From Macrostomum lignano (lineage: Eukaryota): 64,000 nt of DNA. The notes beneath the pieces are model-generated. The model ran no database searches. It was not told the DNA's origin and worked only from the letters and a program-made list of their open reading frames with translations. Made by a program: the position numbers and the translations under genes. The stretch's first letter is position 1; every line of letters begins with the position of its first letter. Below, in pieces: positions 12,341 through 23,269 of the stretch. The stretch covers positions 1 to 64,000 of the forward strand of contig NIVC01002906.1 in assembly GCA_002269645.1 (NCBI GenBank), in the 5' to 3' direction.

Positions 12341-13026
12341 CAAATATTAGAAATATAGATTCCTAGAATTAATTTATTATTTTTGTTTATTCTTAATTTT
12401 TCTTATTTTTTATTTTATAGTTATTGCCAATAAAAGCATTTAAAGCTAAGCCTTAAAATGGCCTTTTTTAAACTTTATTGAAGTCCAACTTTGTATTTGT
12501 AATTTTTCATCAAAATAACTTATATTTATTAGGTCAAAAATAGAAAGTGTTTGTATATTTATGCATTATATTTATATATACTACTAGTATCAATCAGTAT
12601 AGATTATTCAATGGATTATATTTTAAAATAAAATACTATATCTTATAATAAGCCTTTTTAGGTATTGATATAGTTTTTATTAAATGTCAAAGTATTATTA
12701 GAATTTTTAAGAAAATATTATGGCATAAGATATATTTTCTAAACTAATCTTCTATTCTTTCATGATAAAATATATAATCTATAGATCATATAAATTCCAA
12801 AATGTCAATTAATTAACAATAACAATTGTGGATATATAGATTTTAACCTCAAATACAAAGTCTAAGGTGCTAATTAAGTGCTTAAAACTATATAGACTTT
12901 TATAGTGACATTATGCCTTTAAATAAAAGACATTGTCATAGACTATAGTCCCATACACCATGTATACACTATTTATATCGATCTTTAATAAGTCATGAAT
13001 GCACAAAATTTATGCTTTTATCAAGC

Positions 13027-13103
13027 ATGAAACTGGGTCTGTATTCTAGACTGCATCCTGAGGCCGAGTCTAGCATATTTGAAGTGTTTTATGAACTGCA
13101 TAG
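13027..13103 (+). CDS. DENND1: DENND1-like exon 1 (MKLGLYSRLHPEAESSIFEVFYELH)
   Basis: Resembles the DENND1 N-terminus (SR...FEV). Strong donor AG|GTAAGT; phase 2 fits the next exon. Confidence 0.75.
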
Positions 13104-16100
13104 GTAAGTATTTTATATCACAGAATAATGTATTGTATATTCTATGATTTTACATAATGTTAGAGTTTTTTATAATCAAATACAAGGACTTAATTACAAA
13201 TAATAAATATTATAATACTCAAACCCAAAATTTTAGGAGTATTTATATTTAAATCTTGTATCTTGTGATGAATCCTAAGAATCCTTAAATCCCAAAATCC
13301 AAATCATTGGAATACATGGATTCAAATCCCAAATCATAAAATTCCATGGGCTCAAATCCCAAAGCATCAAAATCCATGAACTCAAATCTGAAATCACCAA
13401 ATTACATGGACTCAAATCCGAAATCACCAAAATCCCTGGTCTCAAATCCCAAATCACCAAAATCCCTGGACTCAAATCCCAAATCACCAAAATCCCTGGT
13501 CTCAAATCCCAAATCACCAAAATCCCTGGACTCAAATCCCAAATCACCGAAATCCCTCTAGACTCAAATCTTCAAATCATTAAAATCCCTAGACTCGAAT
13601 CCCAAATCACCAAAATCCCTAGCCTCGACTCAAATCCCAAGACTGAAATTTCAATCAAATGAAAAGCCAGCATTATAGATAACACTCACACCTGTTTGAT
13701 TCAGGTATGCAGACCTAGACGAGACCATCCCCGTGTTCAGCTACTGGACCGTCGCCAACCGCGATAACTCCAACCTCGTGGCGGAATGGGAGAAAAAGAT
13801 TGGGGAATACGCCATGCCTCCATCGCTGCGCTGCCGGGATCGCTGCGACAGCGCCTGCGCCGCTTTCACCGATTTGGACTCGCGGCTGACCTTCCTGTTC
13901 GCCAGCTATTATCGAACTAACGGCGGCCTTCGCTGCCTGTTGTTCGTTTCTAAGAATCCTTGGTTCGAAGTGTTCGCCGAGCTGCTTAATAGCCTGGCAC
14001 AGTTACTGCTGGGTGAGTATTAAAGTATATTGGTATGCATTTCTTTGATCCAGGATTTCAGGGATTGTGATCTCGAATCATGGGAGTTCAGGGACTCTGA
14101 TCCCGAGTCATGGGATTTCAGGGACTCTGATCCCGAATCATGGGATTTCAGGGACTGATCCCGAATCATGGGATTTATGGGGTTCTGATCCCGAATCATG
14201 GGATTTATGGGGTTCTGATCCCAAATCATGGGATTTATGGGGTTCTGATCCCTAATCATGGGATTTATGGGGTTCTGATCCCAAATCATGGGATTTATGG
14301 GGTTCTGATCCCAAATCATGGGATTTATGGGGTTCTGATCCCAAATCATGGGGTTCTGATCCCGAATCATGGGATTCATGGGGTTCTGATCCCAAATCAT
14401 AAGATTTATGGGGTTCTGATCCCGAATCATGGGATTTATGGGGTTCTGATCCCAAATCATGGGGTTCTGATCCCGAATCATGGGATTCATGGGGTTCTGA
14501 TCCCAAATCATGGGATTTATGGGGTTCTGATCCCAAATCATGGGATTTATAGGGTTCTGATCCCAAATCATGGGGTTTTTGGGGTTCTGATCCCAAATCA
14601 TGGGATTTATGGGGTTCTGATCCCAAATCATGGGATTTATGGGGTTCTGATCCCAAATCATGGGATTTATGGGGTTCTGATCCCAAATCATGGGATTTAT
14701 GGGGTTCTGATCCCAAATCATGGGATTTATGGGGTTCTGATCCCAAATCATGGGATTTTTGGGGTTCTGATCCCAAATCATGGGATTTTTGGGGTTCTGA
14801 TCCCTAATCATGGGATTTATGGGGTTCTGATCCCAAATCATGGGATTTATGGGGTTCTGATCCCAAATCATGGGGTTCTGATCCCGAATCATGGGATTCA
14901 TGGGGTTCTGATCCCAAATCATGGGATTCATGGGGTTCTGATCCCAAATCATGGGATTTATGGGGTTCTGATCCCGAATCATGGGATTCATGGGGTTCTG
15001 ATCCCAAATCATGGGATTTATGGGGTTCTGATCCCGAATCTGATACGCAGGCGACCGCCGCAACGAAACCCTGGCCAACGTGATCCTGTGCCAGCTGGAG
15101 AACTGTCCGCGGGTGACGCCCGGTTCAACCCTGTCCGGCGCCGCCTGCCTCACGCCCGACCAGGTCCGCCTCAGTCGGACAGTCGCTCCGGACGATCAGC
15201 TGCCTGCGCTGGCCGCTTGCGCGCCGCTACGCGAGCTGTACAGCCGGCTGTCCGAGTCCGACTCGCTTCTGTTTGTGCTGTGCGCTCTGCTGTGCGAGAA
15301 GAAACTGCTGCTGATTGGCAGGCGGCCGGGCCAGCTCAGCCTGGCCGTGTTCGGCTGCTTAGCGCTGCTCTATCCGTTCAGCTGGGAGCACGTGCTCGCC
15401 CCGCTACTGTCAGACAGCAATGTGGATCATCTCAGCTGTCTGGTGCCGTTCGTATTCGGCATGTCTGAGGCTCTTTTCGAGGCTAATAAGGCTCAGGTTA
15501 GTTTCAATGGTAGTTTCGGGGACACTAATTCAAGGGTAGGTTTTGGATGCAGATGGAAGGGTAGTTTTGGATGCAGATGGAAGGGTAGTTTTGGATGCAG
15601 ATGGAAGGGTAGTTTTGGATGCAGATGGAAGGGTAGTTTTGGATGCAGATGGAAGGGTAGTTTTGGATGCAGATGGAAGGGTAGTTTTGGATGCAGATGG
15701 AAGGGTAGTTTTGGATGCAGATGGAAGGGTAGTTTTGGATGCAGATGGAAGGGTAGTTTTGGATGCAGATGGAAGGGTAGTTTTGGATGCAGATGGAAGG
15801 GTAGTTTTGGATGCAGATGGAAGGGTAGTTTTGGATGCAGATGGAAGGGTAGTTTTGGATGCAGATGGAAGGGTAGTTTTGGATGCAGCTAAAGAGGTAG
15901 TTTTGGATGCAGCTAAAGAGGTAGTTTTGAATGCAGCTAAGGAGGTAGTTTTGGATGCAGCTAAAGAGGTAGTTTTGGATGCAGCTAAAGAGGTAGTTTT
16001 GGATGCAGCTAAGGAGGTAGTTTTGGATGCAGCTAAAGAAGTAGTTTTGGATGCAGCTAAGGAGGTAGTTTTGGATGCAGCTAAAGAAGTAGTTTTGAAT

Positions 16101-19100
16101 GCAGCTAAGGAGGTAGTTTTGGATGCAGCTAAAGAGGTAGTTTTGGATGCAGCTAAAGAGGTAGTTTTGGATGCAGCTAAAGAGGTAGTTTTGAATGCAG
16201 CTAAGGAGGTAGTTTTGGATGCAGCTAAAGAGGTAGTTTGGGATGCAGCTGAAGCGGAAAGGTTATTTTTTATGCAACTAGTTTCGGATGAAGATGAAAG
16301 TTTTAGGGATAGTTTCAGGGTGAGTTTCCGAGATTTTCAAGGAATTGCAGAAGCAGTCTTGAGGGCAGGTTCAAAGTTAGTCTCAGTGCTGGTGTCAGTG
16401 TGAAATGCTAATCTCAGTGCTAGTGTCAGTGTGAAATGCTAATCTCAGTGCTGGTGTCAGTGTGAAATGCTAATCTCAGTGCTGGTGTCAGTGTGAAATG
16501 CTAATCTCAGTGCTAGTGTCAGTGTGAAATGCTAATCTCAGTGCTAGTGTCAGTGTGAAATGCTAATCTCAGTGCTGGTGTCAGTGTGAAATGCTAATCT
16601 CAGTGCTAGTGTCAGTGTGAAATGCTAATCTCAGTGCTAGTGTCAGTCAGTGTGAAATGCTAATCTCAGTGCTGGTGTCAGTGTGAAATGCTAATCTCAG
16701 TGCTGGTGTCAGTGTGAAATGCTAATCTCAGTGCTGGTGTCAGTGTGAAATGCTAATCTCAGTGCTAGTGTCAGTCAGTGTGAAATGCTAATCTCAGTGC
16801 AAGTGTCAGTGTGAAATGCTATGGTGCTGGTGGCGTCAGTGTGAAATGCTAATCTCAGTGCTGGTGTCAGTGTGAAATGCTAATCTCAGTGCTAGTGTCA
16901 GTGTGAAATGCTAATCTCAGTGCTAGTGTCAGTCAGTGTGAAATGCTAATCTCAGTGCTAGTGTCAGTCAGTGTGAAATGCTAATCTCAGTGCTGGTGTC
17001 AGTGTGAAATGCTAATCTCAGTGCTGGTGTCAGTGTGAAATGCTAATCTCAGTGCTAGTGTCAGTCAGTGTGAAATGCTAATCTCAGTGCTAGTGTCAGT
17101 GTGAAATGCTAATCTCAGTGCTAGTGTCAGTGTGAAATGCTATGGTGCTGGTGGCGTCAGTGTGAAATGCTAATCTCAGTGCTGGTGTCAGTGTGAAATG
17201 CTAATCTCAGTGCTAGTGTCAGTGTGAAATGCTAATCTCAGTGCTAGTGTCAGTGTGAAATGCTATGGTGCTGGTGGCGTCAGTGTGAAATGCTAATCTC
17301 AGTGCTGGTGTCAGTGTGAAATGCTAATCTCAGTGCTAGTGTCAGTGTGAAATGCTAATCTCAGTGCTGGTGTCAGTGTGAAATGCTAGTCTCAGTGCTA
17401 GTGTCAGTGTGAAATGCTAGTCTCAGTGCTAGTGTCAGTGTGAAATGCTAATCTCAGTGCTAGTGTCAGTCAGTGTGAAATGCTAATCTCAGTGCTGGTG
17501 TCAGTGTGAAATGCTAATCTCAGTGCTGGTGTCAGTGTGAAATGCTAATCTCAGTGCTAGTGTCAGTGTGAAATGCTAATCTCAGTGCTAGTGTCAGTCA
17601 GTGTGAAATGCTAATCTCAGTGCTGGTGTCAGTGTGAAATGCTAATCTCAGTGCTGGTGTCAGTGTGAAATGCTAATCTCAGTGCTAGTGTCAGTCAGTG
17701 TGAAATGCTAATCTCAGTGCTAGTGTCAGTGTGAAATGCTAATCTCAGTGCTAGTGTCAGTCAGTATGAAATGCTAGTCTCAGTGCTAGTGTCAGTCAGT
17801 ATGAAATGCTAGTCTCAGTGCTAGTGTCAGTCAGTATGAAATGCTACTATGAAACGGTCGCCCTGCTCAGGTTGAGAACTGCCTGTCAGCCGACGAAGAT
17901 TTCATTTTAATCCGCCTCGACACCGGCGAGATGTTCGTCCGCGAAGGCGCCGAGTCCTGCGTCGACGCCCTGTCGCTGCCGTCCAGCCTACTTCGCGGTC
18001 TCCGTAGATCGTTGAAGCCCGGGAACAGCTCCGGCCTGAGCGAGTCGCAGTTCTCTCAGGCTTTCCTGGACGTCACCAGCGAGCTGGCCGCACCGCTGCG
18101 CCAATTCGCCTTGGAGGGCCGCCACACCTGCCAGCCGGAGGACGTGGCCGCCGCCAGTCCGGACCAGCTGCGGCCCTGCCTTCGCCGGCTGTGCCAGTCG
18201 CAACTGTTCGACGAATTCTGCCGGCGCTATCTGGCCGAGCCGGCGGCGCCGTTCTGGGCGCCGTTTAATTCGGCCGCTGATCGGGTGCTGGCAGAACGGC
18301 GCAAGACCCTGTCTGTGCCCAATGCCAGGGCTCTGCAACAGCAGGTCAGCTGCTAGTGGTTGCAGTACTGTTGTAACAGTAGTAGTACTAATTCAGTATG
18401 TTTCTTAGAATCAGTCCCAGATTTGTATCTTTAACCAACGGATCCAAAAATCTTCCCTGAATCTTTCAATTTAAATCACCTCCGAATCTCCAATTAAGAA
18501 TCGCCTCTAAATCTCAAATTAAGAGCCACCTCGGAATCTCCCATTAAGAATCGCCTCTGAATCTCCCAATGAGAATCGCCCCTGGATCTCCCAATGAGAA
18601 TCGCCCCTGAGTCTCCCAATGATAATCGCCCCTGAGTCTCCCAATGAGAATCGCCCATGAGTCTCCCAATGATAATCGCCCCTGAGTCTCCCATTGAGAA
18701 TCGCCCCTGAGTCTCCTAATGAGAATCGCCCATGAGTCTCCCAATGAGAATCGCCCCTGAGTCTCCCAATGAGAATCGCCCCTGAGTCTCCCAATAAGAA
18801 TCGCCCCTGAGTCTCCCAATGAGAATCGCCCCTGAGTCTCCTAATGAGAATCGCCCATGAGTCTCCCAATGATAATCGCCCCTGAGTCTCCCAATGAGAA
18901 TCGCCCTGAGTCTCCCAATGAGAATCGCCCTGAGTCTCCCAATGAGAATCGCCCCTGGATCTCCCAATGAGAATCGCCGTTGAGCTTTTCACGACAGTGG
19001 TTTCTCTATTTAATACTCCTTTTAACCCGACTCCGCGCCAAATTCCAGGTGCGCACGCTGATCAACAACGCTGGCCAATCCATCCAGTCCATGCAGCGGC

Positions 19101-22100
19101 CCGGCTCCGGCTCCCGCACTCTGCTGTCCAACCATCAACTGCAGCAGCAACAGCAGGTGCTCAGCTACAAGCCTATCGAAGATTTCAATCTGCCCGACGA
19201 TGATGAGTATGACGTCGTCGGGTCGACCGCTACCTCAGCCGCCCCCATTGCCGCTGCACCCTCTCCCAAACCAGCATCGGCACCCGCTCCTGCGCCCGCT
19301 CCGGTCCCCTCTCAGCCAGCAGTTGGCCGCCTATTAGACCTGGACGATGACGCTAGTGACGGGGGTCATGCCGCCGAAAACAGCTCGCCAGTTGCTATGC
19401 GGCACCGGGCTCAGCTGGGCGAAGATCCCGCAGCTGGCGCGGTGGCCGATGCTTTGCACGTAAGCTGGGGCGATTCTCATGGGAGATTCAGAGGGGGTTC
19501 TTTTGGGAGATTCCGGGGCGATTCTCATGGGAGATTCAGATGGGGTTCTTATGGTAGATTCCGGGGCGATTCTCATGGGAGATTCAGATGGGGTTCTTAT
19601 GAGATATTTCTCGGTTATTCTCATGGGAGATTCCGGGCGATTCTCATGGGAGATTCAGAGGGGGTTCTTATGGTAGATTCCGGGGCGATTCTCATGGTAG
19701 ATTCTGGGGCGATTCTCATGGTAGATTCCGGGGCGATTCTCATGGGGGATTCAGAGGGGATTCTCATGTTAGATTCCGGGGTGATTCTCATGGGAGATTC
19801 AGAGAGGATTCTTATGGTAGATTCCAGGGCGATTCTCATGGGAGATTCCTCGGCGATTCTCATGGGAGATTCAGAGGGGGTTCTTCTGGTAGATTCCGGG
19901 GCGATTCTCATGGTAGATTCCGGGGCGATTCTCATGGGGGATTCAGAGGGGATTCTCATGGTAGATTCCGGGGCGATTCTCATGGGGGATTCAGAGGGGA
20001 TTCTCATGTTAGATTCCGGGGTGAATCTCATGGGAGATTCAGAGAGGATTCTTATGGTAGATTCCAGGGCGATTCTCATGGGAGATTCCTCGGCGATTCT
20101 CATGGGAGATTCAGAGGGGGTTCTTCTGGTAGATTCCGGGGCGATTCTCATGGTAGATTCCGGGGCGATTCTCATGGGGGATTCAGAGGGGATTCTCATG
20201 GTAGATTCCGGGGCGATTCTCATGGGGGATTCAGAGGGGATTCTCATGGTAGATTCCGGGGCGATTCTCATGGGAGATTCAGAGAGGATTCTTATGGTAG
20301 ATTCCTCGGCAATTCTCATGGGAGATTCCGGGCGATTCTCATGGGAGATTCAGAGGGGGTTCTTATGGTAGATTCAGAGGCGATTCTCGTAGATTCAATG
20401 GCGATTCTCATGGGAAATTCGTGTGAATTAAAAATGGATATTCAGGGATATTCTTTGCTTGACTTCAAGTCCTGTGTTTTAAGTAATTAAAAAGTATTAC
20501 AGAGGCGATTCTCGTAGATTCAGAGGCGATTCTCATGGGAAATTCGTGTGAATTAAAAATGGATATTCAGGGATATTTTTTGCTTGACTTCAAGTCCTGT
20601 GTTTTAAGTAATTAAAAAGTATTTAGTTAGATTAGCTTCGCCTTTAAAACGTCGCTTCAGTTTCAAGCCAGCTCGGAGGCAAGTAGTGCTGCCCATACCG
20701 CTAAACCCCTGAGCGTATACTGTGCGCAGGCACACAGGGTGTACAGTCTATCTTAAAGTGGCGCCTTTCTGAACTGAATTTCAGCTAATCTAAAGTGTGC
20801 CCGCTGCTAACAGATGCTGTCTTGCCTGTTTACTTTATTGCATTTGCATTCTGCTTACTATTTGGTTTCCAGTGCTTGTCATGGTATTTATTATATTGGT
20901 CCGCCCTTGCTGTTGTGTGTCCACACAGTTTCACTGCTATAAATTTATGTTCTTCGTTAGGTAGTTAAGGTTTCTGGTTGTAGATTGCTCAGCTCTGATC
21001 TGGGATCCAAAAGTGGGGATGGAGGGTGACCCATTGTGAGGATCTGGGATCTGTAAGTGGGGACAGAGGTGACCCACTGTGAGGACCTGGGATCTAGGTG
21101 GGGATAGAGGGTGACCCATTGTGAGGACCTGGGATCTGGGTGGAGATAGAGGGTGACCCATTGTGAGGATCTGGGATCTGTAAGTGGGGACAGAGGGTGA
21201 CCCATTGTGAGGATCTGGGATCTGTAAGTGGGGACAGAGGTGACCCACTGTGAGGATCTGGGATCTGTAAGTGGGGACAGAGGTGACCCACTGTGAGAAT
21301 CTGGGATCTGTAAGTGAGGACAGGGGTGACTCACTGAGGATCTGGGATCTGTAAGTGGGGACAGAGGGTGACCCACTGTAAGAATCTGGGATCTGTAAGT
21401 GGGGACAGAGGGTGACCCACTGTAAGAATCTGGGATCTGTAAGTGGGGACAGAGGGTGACCCACTGTGACTTAGCTGCAGGGCTGTCCCGGAGGGGACAC
21501 AGCGGGAAGGCGCGGGCGCCCATTCCGCTAGACCCACTGTGAGAATCTGGGATCTGTAAGTGGGGACAGGGGTGACTCACTGAGGATCTGGGATCTAAAA
21601 GTGGGGACAGAGGGTGACCCACTGTGAGGATCTGGGATCTGTAAGTGGGGACAGAGGGTGACCCATTGTGAGAATCTGGGATCTGTAAGTGGGGACAGAG
21701 GATGACCCACTGTGAGGATCTGGGATCTGTAAGTGGGGACAGAGGATGACCCACTGTGAGGATCTGGGATCTGTAAGTGGGGACAGAGGTGACCCACTGT
21801 GAGGATCTGGGATCTGTAAGTGGGGACAGAGGGTGACCCACTGTGAGAATCTGGCATCTGTAAGTGGGGACAGAGGTGACCCACTGTGAGGATCTGGGAT
21901 CTGTAAGTGGGGACAGAGGTGACCCACTGTGAGAATCTGGCATCTGTAAGTGGGGACAGAGGTGACCCACTGTGAGGATCTGGGATCTGTAAGTGGGGAC
22001 AGAGGTGACCCACTGTGAGGATCTGGGATCTGTAAGTGGGAACAGAGGTGACCCACTGTGAGGATCTGGGATCTGTAAGTGGGGACAGAGGTGACCCACT

Positions 22101-22428
22101 GTGAGGATCTGGGATCTGTAAGTGGGGACAGAGGTGACCCACTGTGAGGATCTTGGATCCAAAGGAGGCGCATCCTAATTGCCCCCAACCACCTGACCTT
22201 GCGCAGATTCGCCTGAGCACGGTGGCGCCTAGCAACCAGTCGGCTCGGCCGCCGCCGCCCCGCTCTCAGCTGGCCATGCCGTCGCTGCGGCCCCGGGTTC
22301 ACGAGGACCTGCTGGAGGCGTTCGGCGTTCAGCCCGAGGAGCTGGCCGCGGCCCCAGTCAGTCAGGAGGCTATCAGCTCGGAGGCCAGGGTCGGTCGGGT
22401 CAACTGGGAGAGCTTCTCGGAGGCGTGA
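13027..22428 (+). CDS. DENND1: DENND1/connecdenn-like DENN-domain protein (Rab GEF), 6 coding exons, 645 aa
   Basis: join(13027-13103,13705-14012,15051-15496,17871-18344,19049-19459,22207-22428) = 1938 nt. All introns are GT-AG and phases are consistent. uDENN (PWFEVF), cDENN (LLYPFSWEHVLAPLL), dDENN (QSQLFDEF), clathrin-box-like LLDLD, terminal WESF motif. Confidence 0.85.
13287..13640. repeat. 30-bp minisatellite (CTCAAATCCCAAATCACCAAAATCCCTGGA), DENND1 intron 1
   Basis: Directly visible tandem units. Confidence 0.9.
13705..14012 (+). CDS. DENND1: DENND1-like exon 2 (uDENN)
   Basis: TTCAG| acceptor, G|GTGAGT donor; FTDLDSR...PWFEVFAELLNSLA. Confidence 0.88.
14053..15040. repeat. 30-bp minisatellite with 21-bp variants (GGGTTCTGATCCCAAATCATGGGATTTATG), DENND1 intron 2
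   Basis: Tandem units; the array ends 10 nt before the acceptor. Confidence 0.95.
15051..15496 (+). CDS. DENND1: DENND1-like exon 3 (core DENN)
   Basis: CGCAG| acceptor, CAG|GTTAGT donor; LLCEKKLLLIG...LLYPFSWEHVLAPLL...PFVFGM. Confidence 0.9.
15533..16254. repeat. 24-bp minisatellite in two variant blocks (GTAGTTTTGGATGCAG + ATGGAAGG, then + CTAAAGAG)
   Basis: Abrupt variant switch near 15885. Confidence 0.95.
16381..17847. repeat. 31-bp minisatellite with 35-bp variants (CTCAGTGCTGGTGTCAGTGTGAAATGCTAAT)
   Basis: Tandem units in DENND1 intron 3. Confidence 0.95.
17871..18344 (+). CDS. DENND1: DENND1-like exon 4 (dDENN)
   Basis: CTCAG| acceptor, CAG|GTCAGC donor; FILIRLDTG...SQAFL...QSQLFDEFC. 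Confidence 0.88.
18485..18978. repeat. 25-bp minisatellite (GAGTCTCCCAATGAGAATCGCCCCT), DENND1 intron 4
   Basis: Tandem units; reverse complement of the 19467-20415 family. Confidence 0.95.
19049..19459 (+). CDS. DENND1: DENND1-like exon 5 (Pro/Ala-rich, LLDLD motif), phase 0-0
   Basis: TTCCAG| acceptor, CAC|GTAAGC donor; 411 nt, GC-rich. Confidence 0.82.
19467..20415. repeat. ~24/48-bp minisatellite (GGGGCGATTCTCATGGGAGATTC...) with a 240-bp block duplication, DENND1 intron 5
   Basis: Starts 7 nt after the donor. Block ~19730-19900 recurs at +240. A 125-bp duplication at ~20375-20625 includes the array edge. Confidence 0.95.
20995..22160. repeat. 41-42-bp minisatellite (GATCTGGGATCTGTAAGTGGGGACAGAGGTGACCCACTGTGAG)
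   Basis: Tandem units, interrupted at 21470-21530. Confidence 0.95.
22207..22428 (+). CDS. DENND1: DENND1-like last exon (ends NWESFSEA*)
   Basis: CGCAG| acceptor, phase 0. Terminal WxxF motif as in connecdenns. AATAAA downstream at ~22878. Confidence 0.8.
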   Translation: MRLSTVAPSNQSARPPPPRSQLAMPSLRPRVHEDLLEAFGVQPEELAAAPVSQEAISSEARVGRVNWESFSEA

Positions 22429-23269
22429 CCTCGGTCATTTCCCACCTGCTCACGTGTCAGTTGGTTGGTCATTGCCCCACCTGCTCACGTGTCAGTTGGT
22501 TGGTCATTGCCCCACCTCCCTATCTGTCATTCACTGTCAATCGATCATTGTTCACCTGTCTCCAAGCGTTAGATATCGTGAAAAATTTAGCGTCTGCATT
22601 TCTTTCCAAGTTAGATATTACCTAACTGGTTATTACCTGATTGGTTTTCCTGCTTATGTACCAGAGATGGCCATTTTATCTTAATCTGTCCGCATATACT
22701 CTACGTGTTTGAGTTGCTTGTCTAAGACTATAAAATTTTATTTTTGAAATCCCGTCAATTGCTGCAGAGTTTTGTCTCTAGTTGCGTATATAAGTACTGT
22801 AATAGACTAGCTCTCCTACTCCTCAAGTAACTCCTCAAGTAGTCAATATTGAGTGTCACGTTCGCTAGTCGTATCTTAATAAATGGTTTTTTTTCATTTA
22901 AAAATTGTATTGCTTCTAGAACATTTTAATTGCTTCCATGCTAGACTCGGTAAGATTATTATGTTAAAGATCCTTCTGACACGCTTTACTGCTGTTAGTA
23001 GTAAAATTTTAGTATAATGGATTTGTTTTTTATCTGAAAACTACTTTATTCTGTTTAGAATATATATGTAGTCCTACTATATTGCTAACCATTTCCTCCT
23101 ATGCGCTGTATTGTTTGGTTCCTAAGGCATGACACACTCCATCTTCGTATGATTCTGCTACAGTATATCCGATCTATTTATATATTTGTGTGATTTTGTT
23201 TGCTTTTATCTCTGTGTTATCTTTCTATTACATATATCTATTCTAGCTTTCTCCGATATCTGTTGTGCT

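Noticed and set aside
13287-15040. Inverted-array pair around DENND1 exon 2
   Set aside because: Introns 1 and 2 share ATCCCAAATCA in direct orientation; any complementarity comes only from the semi-palindromic intron 2 unit.
20661-20714. Possible 54-nt in-frame extra DENND1 exon (FQASSEASSAAHTAKPLS)
   Set aside because: Weak donor (GTATAC) and overlaps a degenerate SINE fragment; needs RNA-seq.
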